Source: Candidatus Brocadiia bacterium (lineage in GTDB: Bacteria; Planctomycetota; Brocadiia; CAIUPP01). From it: a stretch of 64,000 bases of DNA. Location of the stretch: the NCBI GenBank assembly GCA_050015075.1, contig JBEKCB010000008.1, positions 89,743 through 153,742 on the forward strand, read 5' to 3'. Of the stretch, positions 59,877-64,000 are shown piece after piece; within the stretch, counting starts at the first letter, position 1, and the number at the start of each line of letters is the position of its first letter. Under the pieces are notes generated by a model. The model was not told the origin of the DNA, did no database searches, and saw only the letters and a list, made by a program, of their open reading frames with translations. The translations under genes and the position numbers were made by a program.

Positions 59877-60617
59877 TCACGTCTCCGGCTGTCCGACCTT
59901 CTTTTGCGCGGACCGGCGCGCACGGTCAAATTTGTACGCCTTGATAAAAAACATCGCCAGCATGGCCCCGACAACTGCGATCATCACCCACCAGGCCGCC
60001 TTGATAAGAGTGCCTGAAACGCCCATGATTCGGGTCACAACTAAGCCGAATATCAGCACCAAAATGAAAACGCTCATTGCCACGGCCCACGGGAACATAG
60101 CCGCGGCAAACTCTTTATTCGTCGTATTGGGCGGCAAGGGGGCCGCGTTCCACTTGGCCCCGAACATCCGCCGCAAATCATCAGGAGAAACGTGCGACGG
60201 GATACCGCACTGTTGCTCGCGCCCGGCAACGGACTGGATGACGAGCTTGAACCGTCCCGGTTCGACTTCAATAATGCGCGCGGAGTGGATGCAGTCAAAA
60301 CGCCAGACGATAGACTTTGATCCTCTCGTGAAACCGACACGCTTGGCGGTGATGTTCACGCGCGGAGGAATGAACCAGTGAGCGGTCAGGAACAAACCGA
60401 GATAGGCAGTAATAGCCCCAACGCTGATTGCCAGCGCCCTTAGCCAATCAAATTGAAGGCTCGGCAAATAGCGTTTACATAAGAAGACGAAGAGGAGCGC
60501 GATGGCGGCTGTGATCCCCAAAACGGTGGGGAAGGCTCTTATCAGCCTTATTGCCTCCTTCCGCAGCTCCGGCCCATAGCTCCACGCCGGTTCCCACCAC
60601 GCCAATGTATTCTGCAT
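59877..60617 (-). CDS. Hypothetical membrane protein
   Basis: Four hydrophobic segments; lower GC than flanks; start uncertain. Confidence 0.6.
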   Translation of the reverse strand: MQNTLAWWEPAWSYGPELRKEAIRLIRAFPTVLGITAAIALLFVFLCKRYLPSLQFDWLRALAISVGAITAYLGLFLTAHWFIPPRVNITAKRVGFTRGSKSIVWRFDCIHSARIIEVEPGRFKLVIQSVAGREQQCGIPSHVSPDDLRRMFGAKWNAAPLPPNTTNKEFAAAMFPWAVAMSVFILVLIFGLVVTRIMGVSGTLIKAAWWVMIAVVGAMLAMFFIKAYKFDRARRSAQKKVGQPET

Positions 60618-60773
60618 GCCGAGGCTATCCTCGAAATCCCAAGCCGGAACCCCCGCACAGCGTCCGTCCACTCTGCGCTCAGCGATCACGCGCAGGAATT
60701 GTGACCATTAGGATCACATCGGCATTTCCCAATTGGCCGTCTTCCAAATGACAGTCGGCTTTCAAGCACGAGA

Positions 60774-60800
60774 TTCTACGCTCAATGCGCCCGCCGTCAA
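60774..60800 (-). promoter_or_regulatory. Putative sigma70 promoter
   Basis: TTGACG-N16-TAGAAT on minus strand. Confidence 0.5.
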
Positions 60801-60813
60801 GCTATTTCTCGGC

Positions 60814-60909
60814 TGCTCTGGAAGAGGATACGCCCACGCGCGCCCCTCGCGCGCCTGATTGGAAAGAGGAGCCGGAGCGGTTTGTCGTAGGACCTATGTG
60901 GCCAGCCAT
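60814..60909. repeat. Dispersed repeat of about 96 bp, copy 2
   Basis: tgctctggaagaggatacgcccacgcgcgcccctcgcgcgc...ggaaagaggagccggagcggtttgtcgtagg...tggccagccat. Confidence 0.92.
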
Positions 60910-60942
60910 CTATTGCGTTTCGCCAAACGGCCTGATCGCTCT

Positions 60943-63237
60943 TCAATAGGTCAGAACGCGCGTCTGGCCGCGCTGGAGGGGCAGTGAAAGTTTCGGCCCA
61001 TCGCCGACGATTTCGCCCGTCAGCACATCCCGCACCGGTCCGGCTGCTCCCGTGTCAATCGCCAGCGGGCCGTCCTGGACCGCATGCAACGCCAGAAATC
61101 GGCCGTTGGCATATACGACGCAGTTCGCCTGCGTGAACAGGTGCACCCCGGCCGTGTGCGCCGCCTGACGCAACGTCTCGCTCGTCAGTCCTGCAGCCTC
61201 GACAAACAAGGACAGCCCCGGCACGGCGCCGGCCAACCGTTTGCGCTCGTCGGACGAGTAACACCACCCGTTCACGAACACGTACAACTTTGCCCGCACC
61301 CGCCCGGCCAGCACGTCGTCGAGCAAATACTGGCCGTAGGGCGCGCCCATCCGGCCGAGCGGCGCGCGCACTTCGCAGAGGGCCTTCCGCACCGCAACGC
61401 ATCCACCTGGGGCGACGCGCAACATTCTGTTTTCATCAATCACCACGGCCACTTCCGGGCGAAACGGCGTCGGCTTTTTCAGAAACTGTTCGTCAAGTTC
61501 CTGGAGCCGCTGCATTTCGGCCCACATGCCGGGATCGTTGAACCAGCCCGTCTCGCCGAGGTCCATCCACCACGTCCCGAAATTGCGCAGCGCTTCTTGC
61601 GCGACGTTACGTACGAGTTCTGCATTCGTGTCGGCCAGCGTCGCCACGTGATCTTGCCATCCCGGTGGGTTGCCGCTGGCGAGGTAGGTGTAGGTGTCGT
61701 CCTCGTTCAACCACAGCTTGCCCGCCAGCGCGACGCTTTCCGCCGCCGTCATGGACGGCGCGCTCTGGCCGAGGCCGCGATCGAAATAAGAAATCGGCGA
61801 GCACAAGACATCAATGTCCGGGCAATCCAGCACGCGCCGCAACGCGTAGTGTCCCGACGTCGCCGGCCCGTTCGCGACCGGCCCGAATTCGAACACATAG
61901 CCGTAGAAGAACACCACCAGCTTCCGGCCCCGCGACGCCTCGCGCGCGGCCTTTGCCAACTCGCACACGCAATCCGCCATCGCCTCCTGCTGGAACTGTG
62001 CCCAGTCAACCAGAGACGGCGACGCGAAAACCTCTGCGGAGCGCCGCTCGGCCGGAGTCGGCACAGGCGCGTCCGGTTTGCGGTGCGCTTTCAGCCACTG
62101 CCGCCACGCGGTGAAGTCAGCGGGCGCGTAACCGTTGAGCGGCCGCTCCCACGTCCCCTCGTAAAACCACTCCCCTGTGTTCTGGCCGGCCGGATGATAC
62201 CCGGCGACATTCTCACCGAATTTCATTTCCAAGTGTCCGACCAAGGCGGCAAGCCGTTCCGCAGCGTCGCGCCGATACTGCGGCGAAGCCGGGACGGCCT
62301 TGGCGCGCCGGCCATCGTCCCACTGCATCACGTCGTCGGGATGCGTCTGGCCCCACCAATCTGGCGGGTCCATGTCAATGCGCGGCAGCAGCAACGCCTG
62401 CGGATTCGCCTGCAGCACCATCTGGCATGCGCGGTCCACCTGGGTCCAATCGGCTGGTTCACCAGGTTCGGGCCACGGCAGGGCGACCGGAAAACTGACG
62501 AAGTTCACCCCCACGCCGGCGGCAAGTTTGATCTGCGACTCGAACACACCCCCAGGACCACCGAGCCGCACGTAGGGTTGCCCGGGCCGGTAGACTGCTG
62601 TAATCAGTTCTCGCGCCACATCCGCGCGCACACGGAAACTGACCCGATATCGGTGTCCTTCAGTGATCACAAGGTCCGGCCGCGAGTAAACGTGGAAGTC
62701 CGGCCGCTGGCCGTCCGTTGGCGCGATGAGTTGCACGTGGATCGCGCCATTGGCGCACTGCGCTGCGGCGGCCATCTGGGGCGGCCAGGCCACCCAGTCC
62801 CGCAGCGCCACGGCGCGCCCGCTATCCAGATCCGCGATTACAATCGCATCGAGGTCAACCGCACCCGGCTTGGGGCCGAAACGGAAGTGAAGCGTACCGG
62901 TGGTTGCGTTGCCGCTGGCGGTGAACTCGAAACTTTCCTCTTTTGCGACAGGCCCGATTTGCAACGGGGCGCTGCCTGCGCAGCCCCAGAACATCCTGGC
63001 GCGAACCAGTTTGCCGTTCACGACAAGTCGCGGCGCGCCGTCGGGCGACTCGACTCGCACGGTCAGCGCAAAGAGCGGACGTATGCCCAACGAGCCGAGA
63101 AGCGCCAAAGTGATCCACGCGGCGAGGAATTTCGCGGTGGATGTTCTATTGATCAAAATGGAAAGTTTCCTACTCGGTTCCACCAGGCTGGTATCCGGTT
63201 CTTGCCAATTGACCGTCCTCCGGTCGCCAACCATCAT
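60943..63237 (-). CDS. Putative secreted glycoside hydrolase (GH42/beta-galactosidase-like) with CBM-like insert
   Basis: LLPRIDMDPPDWW, GYHPAGQNTGEWFY, VFFYGY, DVLCSPISY, LWLNEDDTYT, WWMDL; start uncertain. Confidence 0.7.
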   Translation of the reverse strand: MMVGDRRTVNWQEPDTSLVEPSRKLSILINRTSTAKFLAAWITLALLGSLGIRPLFALTVRVESPDGAPRLVVNGKLVRARMFWGCAGSAPLQIGPVAKEESFEFTASGNATTGTLHFRFGPKPGAVDLDAIVIADLDSGRAVALRDWVAWPPQMAAAAQCANGAIHVQLIAPTDGQRPDFHVYSRPDLVITEGHRYRVSFRVRADVARELITAVYRPGQPYVRLGGPGGVFESQIKLAAGVGVNFVSFPVALPWPEPGEPADWTQVDRACQMVLQANPQALLLPRIDMDPPDWWGQTHPDDVMQWDDGRRAKAVPASPQYRRDAAERLAALVGHLEMKFGENVAGYHPAGQNTGEWFYEGTWERPLNGYAPADFTAWRQWLKAHRKPDAPVPTPAERRSAEVFASPSLVDWAQFQQEAMADCVCELAKAAREASRGRKLVVFFYGYVFEFGPVANGPATSGHYALRRVLDCPDIDVLCSPISYFDRGLGQSAPSMTAAESVALAGKLWLNEDDTYTYLASGNPPGWQDHVATLADTNAELVRNVAQEALRNFGTWWMDLGETGWFNDPGMWAEMQRLQELDEQFLKKPTPFRPEVAVVIDENRMLRVAPGGCVAVRKALCEVRAPLGRMGAPYGQYLLDDVLAGRVRAKLYVFVNGWCYSSDERKRLAGAVPGLSLFVEAAGLTSETLRQAAHTAGVHLFTQANCVVYANGRFLALHAVQDGPLAIDTGAAGPVRDVLTGEIVGDGPKLSLPLQRGQTRVLTY

Positions 63238-63248
63238 TCAAACATGAG

Positions 63249-63276
63249 ATTCTAAACTTATGCTGCCGGCTGTCAA
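63249..63276 (-). promoter_or_regulatory. Putative sigma70 promoter
   Basis: TTGACA-N16-TAGAAT on minus strand. Confidence 0.55.
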
Positions 63277-63289
63277 ATGGCTTTTGGGC

Positions 63290-63409
63290 TGTTCTAAAAA
63301 ACGATACGCCCACGCGCGCCCCTCCACACATCCGGCGGGCAAGCCCTCGCGCGCCTGATTGGAAAGAGGAGCCGGAGCGGTTTGTCGCAGGACCTATGCG
63401 GCCAGCGAT
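63290..63409. repeat. Dispersed repeat, copy 3 (with 24-nt insert)
   Basis: Same core with extra ccacacatccggcgggcaagccct in the hairpin loop. Confidence 0.9.
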
Positions 63410-63471
63410 CCGGCGATCCACCAGTTATCCCATGCGGAGTGAAATAGCTGGCGCTTCTGCCAGGAATACAC

Positions 63472-63506
63472 AAAAAAGAAGCGCTCCCGAAAAGGAGCGC
63501 TTCTTT
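63472..63506 (-). terminator. Rho-independent terminator after PEP-CTERM gene
   Basis: aaagaagcgctcc-cgaaaa-ggagcgcttcttt with U-tract on minus strand. Confidence 0.85.
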
Positions 63507-63543
63507 CGAACACAGCAAAGAAAAGACGGCGCGTATCGCCGGA

Positions 63544-64000
63544 CTACCGATTCTTCCGCCTTGCGACCTTCGCAACAAGCCCGGCCAGCCCGAGTCCGAG
63601 GAGCGACAACGTCGCAGGCTCAGGGGTAAGAGTAACGTCCCCGTCAAGCTGCGCGATCACCTCTACTTCGGCCGGGCCGCTCAACGGGTCCGGGTTCGAG
63701 AGGCCTACACCGGGTGTGAAGGTCATGGGCGCCGTCCCGAACGTGTAGCCGGGCAGCTCCGGACAGGTGCCGTTCGACGAGAGATCGAATGTTTCGTCCA
63801 AGGTGGGCATGACAAAGTCGCCATTGTCGGTGTAGTCGCTGAGCCACTGGGTCAGGTCTATGTTCACGTACAAAGGCGTACTCGGCGGGTCACCCGTCAT
63901 CGCGAACATCGGCGCATTAAACTCATTGCCATCGTCCATGAACAGTTCGAGCGCGCTTTCCAGGTTCAGCTCATCATTGGACGTTCCATTCACGGCGCCC
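63544..64000 (-). CDS. PEP-CTERM sorting-domain protein (5' end outside window)
   Basis: C-terminus TPEPATLSLLGLGLAGLVAKVARRKNR. Confidence 0.9.
   Translation of the reverse strand, partial: GAVNGTSNDELNLESALELFMDDGNEFNAPMFAMTGDPPSTPLYVNIDLTQWLSDYTDNGDFVMPTLDETFDLSSNGTCPELPGYTFGTAPMTFTPGVGLSNPDPLSGPAEVEVIAQLDGDVTLTPEPATLSLLGLGLAGLVAKVARRKNR

Noticed and set aside
61084-63255. 723-aa plus-strand ORF
   Set aside because: Antisense to the glycoside-hydrolase-like gene; Arg-rich and motif-free

Overview
GC-rich bacterial chromosome segment. Gene content (PEP-CTERM protein, AroD-AroE fusion, TMTC-like TPR protein, large conserved membrane protein) suggests a Planctomycetota-like organism; this is inference. 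Housekeeping blocks are tig-clpP-clpX, plsY, tRNA-Lys(CUU), dnaK, aroD-aroE and arfB. Accessory DNA between them includes: a two-module NRPS (oxalate-CoA-ligase-like starter, T, C, A predicted Ile, T, Cys-nucleophile TE) with its own PPTase; a decayed island with ppk2, SulP and an Mla-type ABC operon between two tyrosine-recombinase remnants; a 4335-aa secreted C10 (streptopain-like) protease with 32 repeats of about 87 aa; and a Hen1/Pnkp RNA-repair operon split by an unrelated secreted-protein gene. Strongest unexplained signals: (1) an in-frame UGA in an otherwise intact aroD-aroE fusion, followed by a hairpin positioned like the E. coli fdhF SECIS; (2) the NRPS chemistry; (3) a dispersed repeat of about 96 bp in three copies, each just upstream of a sigma70-like promoter. 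Two homopolymer frameshifts in adjacent genes mean assembly error must be considered. All calls are by eye from motifs; no searches were run.
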